Below are positions 41,369-51,041 of a stretch of 64,000 bases of DNA, piece after piece. The stretch comes from Promethearchaeota archaeon (GTDB lineage: Archaea; Asgardarchaeota; Lokiarchaeia; Sigyniarchaeales; SOKP01). Each line of letters begins with the position of its first letter. Position 1 is the first letter of the stretch. Both the position numbers and the translations under genes were made by a program. Below the pieces are notes generated by a model, which made no database searches, was not told the DNA's origin, and worked only from the letters and a program-made list of their open reading frames with translations. The stretch is from positions 123 through 64,122 of the forward strand of contig JBHLLT010000016.1 of NCBI GenBank assembly GCA_048938855.1, read 5' to 3'.

Positions 41369-42328
41369 TTAATATAATAACGAATCTTTTAGAATAACCT
41401 TGATATTCTTATCAAAATAATTTGGATTCATTTCTTCTCCGAGGGGATTACCTCTCAAATCTAAATATTTAAGTTTTTTTAAACTTAAAATATAATCTAC
41501 GTTCTTAATTTCACTGATATTATTATTTGTTAAAATTAAATGCGTTAATTCTTTTAATTGAATTAACTCTTTAATGTTATCAATATTATTATTCGATAAA
41601 TCAATTTTTTTTAAAGATTTTAGATATTTTAATCCTAAAATTTCCGAAAGGGATTGTATATTGTTTTTCCATCCAAAAGGAGTGCCTTTGACTTCATATT
41701 CTAAATAATCTGATAAATCTAATTCTATAATTAATCCTTTTTGTGGATCTAATTCATAATATACATTAGAATATTTGCTTATTAGATTTTTAATCGTAAA
41801 ATAATTAATTAAAATTTCTGCTAATTCACTATGGGTAAATTTATCTATCTGTTTTGTTTTAGTGAATTTTTTAATTACTTTTTTATATTTTTTATTTTCA
41901 ATCCTTTTTTCTTTATTAAGATATTTCGTTTTTATTATCTCTTTGATTTTCTTAACTAAAATCAGCTTAGATTCATCATTATTTATCCTTTCTAATGATT
42001 GGATTATTATAACCAGGCATTCATAATCTGTTTCATGGATAAGTGCCCATTTTATGGGATTAATAGCTTTATCAAGGAATCTATCTTTTAAAATTTTGGT
42101 TGCCGCATTTCTTATTTTTTCATTTGAATCAGAAATAAGTAGATTTTCTAAAAATTTAAAGAGTTCATCACTAATTAACTCAATTTTTTCTAAATTTACA
42201 ATAGCACTTAATCTTATACTTTCATCCTCACTGTTTTCAACTAAAGACCTTATTAAATCAAATGCAGTATTTTTTTTGATCTTATTTTTGCTTAGATCTT
42301 CATATATTTCATCAGGAGTTAAATTCAT
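41369..42328 (-). CDS. HEAT-like + leucine-rich repeat protein (short paralogue)
   Basis: 319 aa. The N-terminal approximately 130 aa are collinear with 47776-49278 and 49521-51011 (LENLLISDSNEKIRNAA...PIKWAL.HE). The C-terminal LRRs read L..LDLS.N.I..I. Confidence 0.7.
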   Translation of the reverse strand: MNLTPDEIYEDLSKNKIKKNTAFDLIRSLVENSEDESIRLSAIVNLEKIELISDELFKFLENLLISDSNEKIRNAATKILKDRFLDKAINPIKWALIHETDYECLVIIIQSLERINNDESKLILVKKIKEIIKTKYLNKEKRIENKKYKKVIKKFTKTKQIDKFTHSELAEILINYFTIKNLISKYSNVYYELDPQKGLIIELDLSDYLEYEVKGTPFGWKNNIQSLSEILGLKYLKSLKKIDLSNNNIDNIKELIQLKELTHLILTNNNISEIKNVDYILSLKKLKYLDLRGNPLGEEMNPNYFDKNIKVILKDSLLY

Positions 42329-42350
42329 TATTTTTTATTAGAAAAATTAA

Positions 42351-43286
42351 TTAAAAATCAAATGGAGGAAATTTTCTATTTTTACTAAAACGTTCTAATA
42401 GTTCGATTTTTAATTCATTAAATGGTTTTAAATTCCCTGAAAACACAGTGGATGTTATTTTTGAAAGTATTGGGTCTAAAAGTTGTTCAACTTGTTTAAC
42501 TTTTTCCAGATTTCCTTCTGAAAGCATTGAAAGAAAGTAATCATTTTGATATTTCTTAAAAGTTAAAAATCGATACTTTTGAAAGCCTAATTTTACAGCA
42601 ATCCATCGTGGTGTTGCTCCCGTGTTTCCTTGGGTATTAGCAGCTATAGCTTCTATTCTTGCCGTTAGCATTGACTCTTTCATTTCTTTTTCTTCGTCTG
42701 GATTTTCGAAGTTCCCGAAAGTATCAAATTTTAAGTTTTCTTCATCAAATAGAAGTGAAATTACTCCAATCGACATCGATGATAATCCCAAATAGTCAAT
42801 TCTAATTGAATCTTCTACGTATGGAATTTCTTGATCTGTAAATATCTCTTGCAATCTTACATATTGCTGTAATATAAATTTAGTTCGTCTTTTAAATTCT
42901 AATTTAATTTGATGTTTTTCAAATTTTGTTAATTCATCTGGATTTTTCCCGCCTAATAATTCGGAGAAATGATTTGACATTTGCTCAAGAACCCATTTGC
43001 CTTTTTTATCAGGAAATCTTCCATATACAAGATAAATCACATCGTTTTTCTCAAAAAATTGACATTTTTCTTCCTTTTCTTTTTCTTGAGAAATAAGAAG
43101 CATTTTATCAAGATCTCCTTCTAAGATACCCGTAGCAATAAAATCAAGATTATTTGTTAGTTCCAATAAATAATCATGTCTGTTATTGCTACAATAGAGC
43201 TGTGTTCGTTCAGTTGTAGTAATACCCATTAATTTAACATATTCTCCTTTCTTCAATTTGATTTTTTCGCTCTCTAAATTAATCAT
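42351..43286 (-). CDS. hypothetical protein; the open frame continues upstream (to 43547) through a zinc ribbon with no canonical start codon
   Basis: 311 aa from the first ATG. The same frame stays open for 87 more codons upstream and encodes ...EFKCPHCGYIISKPYPKNSSCIRCKKF.... See the finding on the poly(A) tract. Confidence 0.6.
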   Translation of the reverse strand: MINLESEKIKLKKGEYVKLMGITTTERTQLYCSNNRHDYLLELTNNLDFIATGILEGDLDKMLLISQEKEKEEKCQFFEKNDVIYLVYGRFPDKKGKWVLEQMSNHFSELLGGKNPDELTKFEKHQIKLEFKRRTKFILQQYVRLQEIFTDQEIPYVEDSIRIDYLGLSSMSIGVISLLFDEENLKFDTFGNFENPDEEKEMKESMLTARIEAIAANTQGNTGATPRWIAVKLGFQKYRFLTFKKYQNDYFLSMLSEGNLEKVKQVEQLLDPILSKITSTVFSGNLKPFNELKIELLERFSKNRKFPPFDF

Positions 43287-43508
43287 TAAAGGCTGTTCTT
43301 TTACTCTTACTTTTGTACCTAATTTTGAAGATAAAGTAACAGATTTGGTTTCAAATTCTTTTGGTTCTAGTTTTTCATTTACTTTTAATAAATCAAACAG
43401 AGCTGGTATAAATTTCTTACATCTTATGCAACTTGAGTTTTTTGGATAAGGTTTTGATATTATATATCCACAATGTGGACATTTAAACTCACTTTGCTTT
43501 TTATTTGG

Positions 43509-43539
<31 letters not shown>

Positions 43540-43591
43540 AGAAATTTTTATCAACTCGCCTAATAAACCAATTGCTATTAAATTAATGAAG

Positions 43592-44677
43592 TTACAAGTA
43601 TTTATTTGCAATGATTTTGAATTTATTCAAAAATATATCATTTTCTTCTTTAGTACTAATAGTTGCTCTTATGTAATTATAAAGTCTTGGTTTACTAAAA
43701 TGTTTAACAAGAACTTTTAATTCTTTTAAATCCCAAACAAACTTCAATGTTTTAGATTTATCTTCGAATTTTATAAATATAAAATTTGCATCTGAAGGTA
43801 ATACATTAATTCCCTTGTACTTATTTAACTCTTCTGTCACTCTTTTTCGTTCTTCTATGATTTTTTTGTTTTGCTCAATTATTTTATTATTATATCTAAT
43901 GCTAGACAAAGCAGCTACTTGTCCAAGATAGTTTGTATTATAAGGTAACTTTACTCTATTCATTTGCTTTATTATTTCAGCATCTGCTAAAGCATAACCC
44001 ATTCTTAAAGAAGCAAGAGAAAAGCCCGTTGAAAAAGAACGGTAAACTATTAAATTTTTTGCTTTTTTTAATAATGATAAACACGTTTGAGTGGAGAAAT
44101 CGGCATAAGATTCATCAACAATAACTATACCGGGAAAATTTCCGCATAACTTTAAAATTGATGCATTACCATAGGATTTTCCATTTGGATCATTTGGAGA
44201 GTTTATAAGCATTATTTTCCCTTTAGCAGAAAAAGCATTATCAGGAATTGTAAAATCTTCATTTAGCTGAATTTCAGTAATTTTAGCGTTATAAAGTGTT
44301 CCAAGAACTTTATATAGCCCATATGTTGGATAAAATATTACAATTTCATCTCCCGGATCAATGAATACCTTAAAAATGACATCTAATACCTCATCTGAAC
44401 CATTTCCAATAAATATTGAATTACGATTAGTAAGTGTATCTTTATCTCGTAATAAAACATTTAAAATCTCCTTCCTTAATTCAAAAGAAGTTGGATCAGG
44501 ATAAAGTCGTAATTTCTCGTTTATTGCCTCCTTTAGATCATTAATAACTTCAGGGATAGGAGGGAAAGGATTTTCATTTGTATTTAATTTAACCCAACCA
44601 TCTTCTATTGGTTGTTCAACCGGTTCATAAGCAGAAAATTTCCTTAAATTTTCTCTAATCAATTTATTTAAATCCAT
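43592..44677 (-). CDS. histidinol-phosphate aminotransferase-like class I/II aminotransferase (PLP-lysine position is Thr)
   Basis: 361 aa. LNTNENPFPP, YP(D/T) motifs, NSPNDPNG and the class-I/II signature region YRSFSTGFSLASLRMGY are present. The consensus for that region is S-K-x-x-G-L-A-G-L-R-x-G-Y. Confidence 0.7.
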   Translation of the reverse strand: MDLNKLIRENLRKFSAYEPVEQPIEDGWVKLNTNENPFPPIPEVINDLKEAINEKLRLYPDPTSFELRKEILNVLLRDKDTLTNRNSIFIGNGSDEVLDVIFKVFIDPGDEIVIFYPTYGLYKVLGTLYNAKITEIQLNEDFTIPDNAFSAKGKIMLINSPNDPNGKSYGNASILKLCGNFPGIVIVDESYADFSTQTCLSLLKKAKNLIVYRSFSTGFSLASLRMGYALADAEIIKQMNRVKLPYNTNYLGQVAALSSIRYNNKIIEQNKKIIEERKRVTEELNKYKGINVLPSDANFIFIKFEDKSKTLKFVWDLKELKVLVKHFSKPRLYNYIRATISTKEENDIFLNKFKIIANKYL

Positions 44678-44964
44678 TTTTGTACCCCGATGTAAGTTTA
44701 TAGAAAGTGATTATTGCATGAAGTTCTCATGAATATAATATTTTTAATAATTGCATAATAAGATTTATTATTTTTTATTTAGTTTCTTTAATTGAGATTT
44801 TTTTATTAGACAAATTTAGGCTATTCAAATCTCAAATTTTTTTATAAATAATATTTTAAAATATATGAAAATCTAAATAATTACTTTAATTCAAAACTTC
44901 GAAAACTCAATTTTTAAATTTATTAACACTATTTTATTATAAAACAAATTAATATATAGTATAG

Positions 44965-45867
44965 GTGATTAAAACGACTTCGTTTGGGCTAATGTTCAAC
45001 GTTTTAGAAGGAGGTGTCATAGAACCAATTCGGTGGAGCAAAGATAGCTTTATGCCAGAAACATCGATAATTGTTTTAGATGAAGGGAGTGAAAATATAT
45101 ATTTATGGCATGGTGTTAAACAAGGATTAGTTGCTCGGAGAACAGCTCTTAGACAGGCAGAATCCCTCAAAGGACATGGTTACACAGTTGGAAAGAGTAT
45201 AATTGGAAGAGACATCAAAGGGATTAGAGAAATTGATGCAAGAAAAGTTGGAAAAGTCCCAGAAGATACGCAAATTAATGATGAACTCCAAGATATATTA
45301 AGTAGAGAATTTACTGAATTAGACAATTATATTGTTACTTTTGATGCTGGAGTAGTTAAACCTGTTGTAGTAGCGAAATCTGAACCAAAAGTAGAACCAA
45401 AAGTAGAAGTAAAACCTGCACCTACTCCTTCCGTATCAAAAACTGTTAAAGCAGCATCAACACCAGCGATTTCTACACCTGTTACACCAGTAAAAGAAGT
45501 GGAAGTGGGTTCTGAATATGATATGGCTGAGCCAATGCCTTCAATTAAACCAGATGTGAAACCAGCACCAGCAATTAAACCAGATGTGAAACCAGCAGCA
45601 GCAATAAAAGTTTCAACAGATGATTTAATAACTGATGCGAAAATCGCGTTTGTATTTTCAGCAATTTTAGATCATTATGATGATGTATGGATTTCTAAGA
45701 AGCCAGATGGAAGTTTTGCTGTAGAGCAAATGGATGGTCCAATATGTCAGTTTTCAATTAAAGCTTCAAAATTGAATTTTACGGCAAATAGCTTTTCAGG
45801 TGTAAATCCAGGAGTGAAGACCGCAATTCAGAAAAAATTTATTTCTCTAAGTAAACTCTTAGAATAA
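44965..45867 (+). CDS. gelsolin/cofilin-like domain protein with Lys/Pro-rich repeat linker
   Basis: The N-terminal approximately 100 aa (ETSIIVLDEGSENIYLWHGVKQGLVARRTALRQAESLKGHGY) follow the gelsolin-repeat pattern (..aYvil.....lh.WlG......e...A...a..L). The middle is a PKVEPKVEVKPAP / IKPDVKPAPA repeat linker. The start codon is GTG. Confidence 0.5.
   Translation: MIKTTSFGLMFNVLEGGVIEPIRWSKDSFMPETSIIVLDEGSENIYLWHGVKQGLVARRTALRQAESLKGHGYTVGKSIIGRDIKGIREIDARKVGKVPEDTQINDELQDILSREFTELDNYIVTFDAGVVKPVVVAKSEPKVEPKVEVKPAPTPSVSKTVKAASTPAISTPVTPVKEVEVGSEYDMAEPMPSIKPDVKPAPAIKPDVKPAAAIKVSTDDLITDAKIAFVFSAILDHYDDVWISKKPDGSFAVEQMDGPICQFSIKASKLNFTANSFSGVNPGVKTAIQKKFISLSKLLE
45544..45603 (+). repeat. direct tandem duplication (2 x 30 nt) inside a coding sequence
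   Basis: ATTAAACCAGATGTGAAACCAGCACCAGCA is followed by a copy with one mismatch. The two units encode IKPDVKPAPA and IKPDVKPAAA. Confidence 0.9.
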
Positions 45868-46009
45868 CGAATTATATTCATTTTTATTAAATTTATTATT
45901 TTTTTCAAATTTTCAAAACTAATATTATTTTTATTCTATTCTTTTTTATTATATTAAGATTTTAATAGAGTCATTTATCTTAATTTCATAAATATTATTT
46001 TAGCGTATT

Positions 46010-47767
46010 ATGAGATTCAATAAATTAGCAGTTTTATTTTCAGAATTGGAAAATACAACGAAAAGGCTTGAAATGATCGATATCTTGTCAAAATTTTTTA
46101 CTAAGATAAAAGAGAGTAAAGATTTTGAAGATTTAGATAAAATTATTTATCTTTTACAAGGTCAATTAGCTCCAAATATCAAGCAATTTCCAAAAATGGG
46201 AATTGCTGAAAAAATGATAATCGAAGCTTTATCTATACACTCTGGAGTTGACGCTATGAGAATTAAGGAAGTTCTTGTAAAAAAAGGAGACATAGGTGCG
46301 GCTGCAGAATTAATATTATCGAAAAAAAAGAAACAAAAATCATTATTTGATTATCATGAACTTGATGAAGGTTTAGATTCATCTTTAGAAATTTCTGAAC
46401 TATATTCTGAATTGAAAAAGATAGCATTATCCGAGGGTGCAGGGTCTCATGATACAAAACTAGGAATATTAAGAGGATTGATGAGAAAGTGCTCTCCATT
46501 AGAAACAAAATATTTACTTCGAATCATTACATCAACATTGAGGGTAGGTGTTCAATCGCCTACTATAATAGAAGGATTGGCGCTTGCCTTTACTGATTTA
46601 AAGGAAAATAAAGATTTTATTGAAAGGGCATATACACTCTATCCTGATCTAGGTGAGATAGCAAAAAGATTAGCAGAAAAAAATTTAGAAGAAGTAAAAA
46701 AGATAGATATTAATTATGGTACGCCTATTCTCAGTATGCTTGCTTCACGAGAAGTATATACCGATTTCATGAGTAGATTGGGTTCCCCTTTTGTTGCAGA
46801 ATATAAATTAGACGGAGAAAGGCTTCAAATTCACAAAATGGGAAATAAAGTGATTCTCTTTTCAAGACGCTTATTAGATATATCAGATCAATATCCTGAT
46901 GTTTGTCAAGTTATTAGAGAAAATATAAGGGCCGATGATGTTATATTTGAAGGTGAAGTTGTAGCAATGGATGCAGTTTATGAGAAAATGCTTCCCTTTC
47001 AAGTGTTAAGTCAGCGGAGACGGAAGTATGACATCGATAACATTGCTAAAGAAATCCCAGTTTGTCTATATGTGTTTGATCTCTTAAAAATTGGGAATGA
47101 TTCATATGTAGATAAAACGCTTCCAGAAAGAAGAAAAATTCTTGAAAAGATTATTCAGGAAAGAGACGAATTAAAATTAGTTAAATCAGTGTTGATTAAT
47201 TCTACGGATGAGTTGTTAGAGTTCTTTAATAAAGCTAGAAGTGAAGGTACAGAAGGCATAATGGCAAAATCAATAGATAATAATTCAATTTACCAAGCGG
47301 GGAATCGAGGTTATAAATGGCTTAAATTAAAAAGCTTAGAAGGAGGAAAACTAAAAGATACCATTGATGTTGTGATTATTGGGGCATTCTACGGAAAGGG
47401 CCGAAGAACAGGTGTCTATGGAACATATATTGGAGCGGTTTATGACCTTGAAAATGATATTTACATAGCTTTTACTCGTTTCTTTTCAGGATTGACTGAT
47501 GAATTATCTGAAACATTAACAAAAGATATGCAAAAATATATTTTCCAAAAAAAACCATCCAATGTCATATGTGAAGACAAACCTGATATATGGTTAAAAC
47601 CTGAAGTAGTAATGGAGATTACTGGAGATGAGATAACTGTTAGTGATAAATTTGCTAAACTTGGATTTTCTATGAGATTTCCTGTCTTTTTAAGATTGCG
47701 TCCAGAAAAAGGTCCAAAAGATATAACCACCACAGAAGAAATTAAAGAATTATATGAAACTCAATAA
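46010..47767 (+). CDS. lig: ATP-dependent DNA ligase
   Basis: 585 aa. The adenylation motif I is AEYKLDGERLQIH (KxDG). EGEVV, EGIMAK and YKWLKLK are further ligase motifs. Confidence 0.9.
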   Translation: MRFNKLAVLFSELENTTKRLEMIDILSKFFTKIKESKDFEDLDKIIYLLQGQLAPNIKQFPKMGIAEKMIIEALSIHSGVDAMRIKEVLVKKGDIGAAAELILSKKKKQKSLFDYHELDEGLDSSLEISELYSELKKIALSEGAGSHDTKLGILRGLMRKCSPLETKYLLRIITSTLRVGVQSPTIIEGLALAFTDLKENKDFIERAYTLYPDLGEIAKRLAEKNLEEVKKIDINYGTPILSMLASREVYTDFMSRLGSPFVAEYKLDGERLQIHKMGNKVILFSRRLLDISDQYPDVCQVIRENIRADDVIFEGEVVAMDAVYEKMLPFQVLSQRRRKYDIDNIAKEIPVCLYVFDLLKIGNDSYVDKTLPERRKILEKIIQERDELKLVKSVLINSTDELLEFFNKARSEGTEGIMAKSIDNNSIYQAGNRGYKWLKLKSLEGGKLKDTIDVVIIGAFYGKGRRTGVYGTYIGAVYDLENDIYIAFTRFFSGLTDELSETLTKDMQKYIFQKKPSNVICEDKPDIWLKPEVVMEITGDEITVSDKFAKLGFSMRFPVFLRLRPEKGPKDITTTEEIKELYETQ

Positions 47768-47775
47768 TATATGAT

Positions 47776-49278
47776 TCATTTGTAAACCTTTAATCCTCTA
47801 TCCTCTAGTCTTTTAAGAAATTCTGGTATTTTCCTTATATAATTATTAAAATTTAAGTACAGAATTCTTAATGATGAGAGATTGCCTAAAGTTTTAGGAA
47901 GAAATTTTAAATTATTCCCCCATAAATTTAACTCTTCTAATGAAGAAAGTGAATCTATCCATTCTGGTATTCTTGTGAGATTATTCCAACTTAAATCTAA
48001 CTTTTTTAGGGAATTTAAATTTTTAAATGGTTCTGGTAAGATTGAAAGATTGTTATTCCTTAAAATTAGAGTTTCTAAGGAATCTATTGAACCTATTTCA
48101 TCAGGAAGAGTTTTTATATTACAATCGTAGAGATTTAATTCTCTTAGAGAATTTAAATTTCTTAATAGAAAAAAATCAATTGAAAGTTTATTCCCTCCTA
48201 AACCTAAAGATCCCAAACTTTGAAGTTTACTAATTGAATCAGGAAGAAATTTAAGCTTATTTAAGCCTAATTCTAATTTAATTAAAGATTTAAATTCTTC
48301 CATTGATTCTGGTAAAAAATTTAACTTGTTCCCATGTAAATCCAAAATTTCTAATGATCTTAGGTTAGTGATTTCAGGTGGAAGAAATTTAATATTATTA
48401 TGTCTTAAATTTAAAGTTTTCAACTTCTTTAATCTCCCAATAGAGATTGGAATTTCATTAATCTTATTGTATTTCAAGTTTAAGTACTCCAATGATTTTA
48501 AAAAGCCGAAAGATTCAGGTAAACTCCTAAGATTATTATTACTGAGATCTAAATAGGTAAGATATTCAAGATTTCCGATTGTCTTAGGCAATTTTGTTAT
48601 TCTATTAATTTTTAAATCCAATAATCTTAGATATTTAAGAGTACTAATGAATTCTGGTAATTTTTTTAAAATTTTCCATCCAAAAACATTAGTACTAATT
48701 CCGGATAGGTCTAATGATGTTACAAGACCTTCATCCAATTTATAACTAATATCATTGAATTCCTTTTTATAATATCCTATAAGGATATAATTACTTAATA
48801 TTTCTGAAAGTTGTATTGATGTGTAACTAGTTATTTTTTTAGATTTAATAACATCTCTTAGACTTTCGTTAAACTCATATAGCTCCAAATTATTGATCTT
48901 ATCCAGTAAAAATGTTTTAGCTTTTTCACTATTTATCATACCTATTGTTGAAACAATAGAAATAAGGCAAGATGTAGAAGATTCATGTTGGAAAGCCCAT
49001 TTCATTGGCTTTAAAGCTTTTTGTATAAAGTTTTGTGAGATTGCTTTGATAGCGGTATTTCTTACTTCTTCATGAGAATCAGATATTATAAGATTTTCAA
49101 ATAAATTGAAAACTTCTTCATCTTTTGAACCAATTTTTACTAAAAAATCAATACTTTCAATTCTTAATTTTGGATCATCGAAATTATTAATTAAAGCAAA
49201 TAATTGATTTACAGCCGATTGCTTTTCCAAATTTCTATTTTGGTATTCTTTATAAATTAAGCTGGGAGATATTTTCAT
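47776..49278 (-). CDS. HEAT-like + leucine-rich repeat protein
   Basis: 500 aa. The N-terminal helical repeats are FENLIISDSHEEVRNTAIKAI...PMKWAFQHE. They are followed by about 13 LRRs of the L..L.L..N.L..LP..IG.L..L type. Confidence 0.75.
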   Translation of the reverse strand: MKISPSLIYKEYQNRNLEKQSAVNQLFALINNFDDPKLRIESIDFLVKIGSKDEEVFNLFENLIISDSHEEVRNTAIKAISQNFIQKALKPMKWAFQHESSTSCLISIVSTIGMINSEKAKTFLLDKINNLELYEFNESLRDVIKSKKITSYTSIQLSEILSNYILIGYYKKEFNDISYKLDEGLVTSLDLSGISTNVFGWKILKKLPEFISTLKYLRLLDLKINRITKLPKTIGNLEYLTYLDLSNNNLRSLPESFGFLKSLEYLNLKYNKINEIPISIGRLKKLKTLNLRHNNIKFLPPEITNLRSLEILDLHGNKLNFLPESMEEFKSLIKLELGLNKLKFLPDSISKLQSLGSLGLGGNKLSIDFFLLRNLNSLRELNLYDCNIKTLPDEIGSIDSLETLILRNNNLSILPEPFKNLNSLKKLDLSWNNLTRIPEWIDSLSSLEELNLWGNNLKFLPKTLGNLSSLRILYLNFNNYIRKIPEFLKRLEDRGLKVYK

Positions 49279-49520
49279 GAAAATTAAATATTCTAATACA
49301 ATCTAATCGATATATACAAAAATTTAAATTAAAATTTAAACTGATCCAGCTATAATTATAGTATACCTTACAATTTATCGAGGTATAATTTCTTCAATAA
49401 AATGCTCTACAATTTCAAAAATTATTTCAAAATTATGCATCCTGTACATTTTTTCTCATTAATCTTAATCTCTATATTGCCCTTTCTCGTCATATTAGAC
49501 TTAATACTTATTAATTTGTG

Positions 49521-51011
49521 TTAAATTTTTATGTTTAAATCTTTATTTCTTTCATAATCTTTCAAAAATGATGGTAGGTGCTCGAACCTATTAAAACTTA
49601 GATCTAAGGTTTTTAGATTAGATAAATTACAAATTGATTCAGGGAGAGAAGTAAGTTGATTTCCCCAGAGATTTAGTTCTTCTAATGAAGATAATTCACA
49701 GATCCATTCTGGAAGAAATGTAAAGTTATTCCAACTTAAATTAAGGTTTCTAAGATTTTTAAGATTTTTCATAGATTCAGGTAATTGAGACAATTGATTA
49801 TTTCGTAAAATAAGCATTTCTAAACGAGAAAGTGTGCCTAATGAATTAGGTAATTTATCAATTTTATTATCATATAAATCTAATATTTTTAATGATTGAA
49901 ATAGAGAAATCCATTTAGGAAGTTTTTTCAATTTATTTCCACCAATCCCCAGTCTCTCTAATGAAGTAAGAGATTTTACTTTTGTTGGGATTTCCAAAAA
50001 ATTATTCCAACCTAATTCTAACTCGATAATCGAATTATTCAGTTCAAATCCAATTGAATCTAATTTATTTCCATGTAGATTTAAAATCTTAAGATTTTTA
50101 AGTGGTTTTATTGATCTAGGGATTTTATTTATCATATTATTTCTTATATTTAAAACTTGAAGTGATTTTAACCTACTTAGAGAGTTTGGAAGATTGTGTA
50201 ATCTATTAGACTTTAAATTTAGACTCTTTAATGATTTTAATTTAAAAATTGAATTTGGAAGATTACTTAGCTTATTATAACTTAAATCTAAAGAAACTAT
50301 TGAAACTGATTCAACTGAAATTTCTTTAAGTTCTGAGAGATTGTTAAATCTCATATCAAGTTCTTCTAAATACTTCAGAGAATATATAAAATCTAAGAAA
50401 TTTGAAATAGAAATTCCTTGGGGATCAACATTTGTTAAATCTAATTTTGTGATATAACCCCATTTATTAAATTCATATTTTATAAATCCAAATTTACTTT
50501 TTAGAGATTTAATAAAATAATAGTTTACTAACAGATCAGCAAGAACTTGGATACTTAAATTTTTAAATTCTTCAGTTCTGACAATTATTTCCAAATTATA
50601 CTTATTCTCTTGCTGATAGAAATATTTTAATTTTTCAATGATGATTAATTTGGATTTTTTATTATTAATCTTTGATAATGTAGAGATAATTGTAATAAGA
50701 CAGATTATTGCTTTCTCATGTTCAAGAGCCCATTTCATTGGTTTCAACGCTTTCTCTAAAAATAGTTGCTGTATTAGGGAAGCTGCTTTATTTCTTATAG
50801 TTTCATTTGAATCTGAGATTAGTAGATTCTCTAAAAGTGTAAATATTTTATCCTCTTTAACCTGTATTTTTTCTAAGATCTCAATACTTTCTAATCTTGT
50901 TGAAAAATCATCAGTATTTTCAATTAAAGTAATTAATAAGTCAAGAGCTGACGCATAATCCAAATTTTTTCTCTTTAAATCCTGATAAATTGATTTTGGT
51001 GTTAAGGACAT
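49521..51011 (-). CDS. HEAT-like + leucine-rich repeat protein (tandem paralogue)
   Basis: 496 aa with the same architecture and a collinear N-terminus (LENLLISDSNETIRNKAASL...PMKWALEHE). Confidence 0.75.
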   Translation of the reverse strand: MSLTPKSIYQDLKRKNLDYASALDLLITLIENTDDFSTRLESIEILEKIQVKEDKIFTLLENLLISDSNETIRNKAASLIQQLFLEKALKPMKWALEHEKAIICLITIISTLSKINNKKSKLIIIEKLKYFYQQENKYNLEIIVRTEEFKNLSIQVLADLLVNYYFIKSLKSKFGFIKYEFNKWGYITKLDLTNVDPQGISISNFLDFIYSLKYLEELDMRFNNLSELKEISVESVSIVSLDLSYNKLSNLPNSIFKLKSLKSLNLKSNRLHNLPNSLSRLKSLQVLNIRNNMINKIPRSIKPLKNLKILNLHGNKLDSIGFELNNSIIELELGWNNFLEIPTKVKSLTSLERLGIGGNKLKKLPKWISLFQSLKILDLYDNKIDKLPNSLGTLSRLEMLILRNNQLSQLPESMKNLKNLRNLNLSWNNFTFLPEWICELSSLEELNLWGNQLTSLPESICNLSNLKTLDLSFNRFEHLPSFLKDYERNKDLNIKI

Positions 51012-51041
51012 AAATTAACGTATCTAGTATGTATTTAATTC

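Noticed and set aside
45544-45603. The 30-nt direct repeat was considered as a possible mini CRISPR-like or regulatory repeat.
   Set aside because: There are only two adjacent copies with no spacer. They are in frame inside a coding sequence and encode a Lys/Pro-rich linker.
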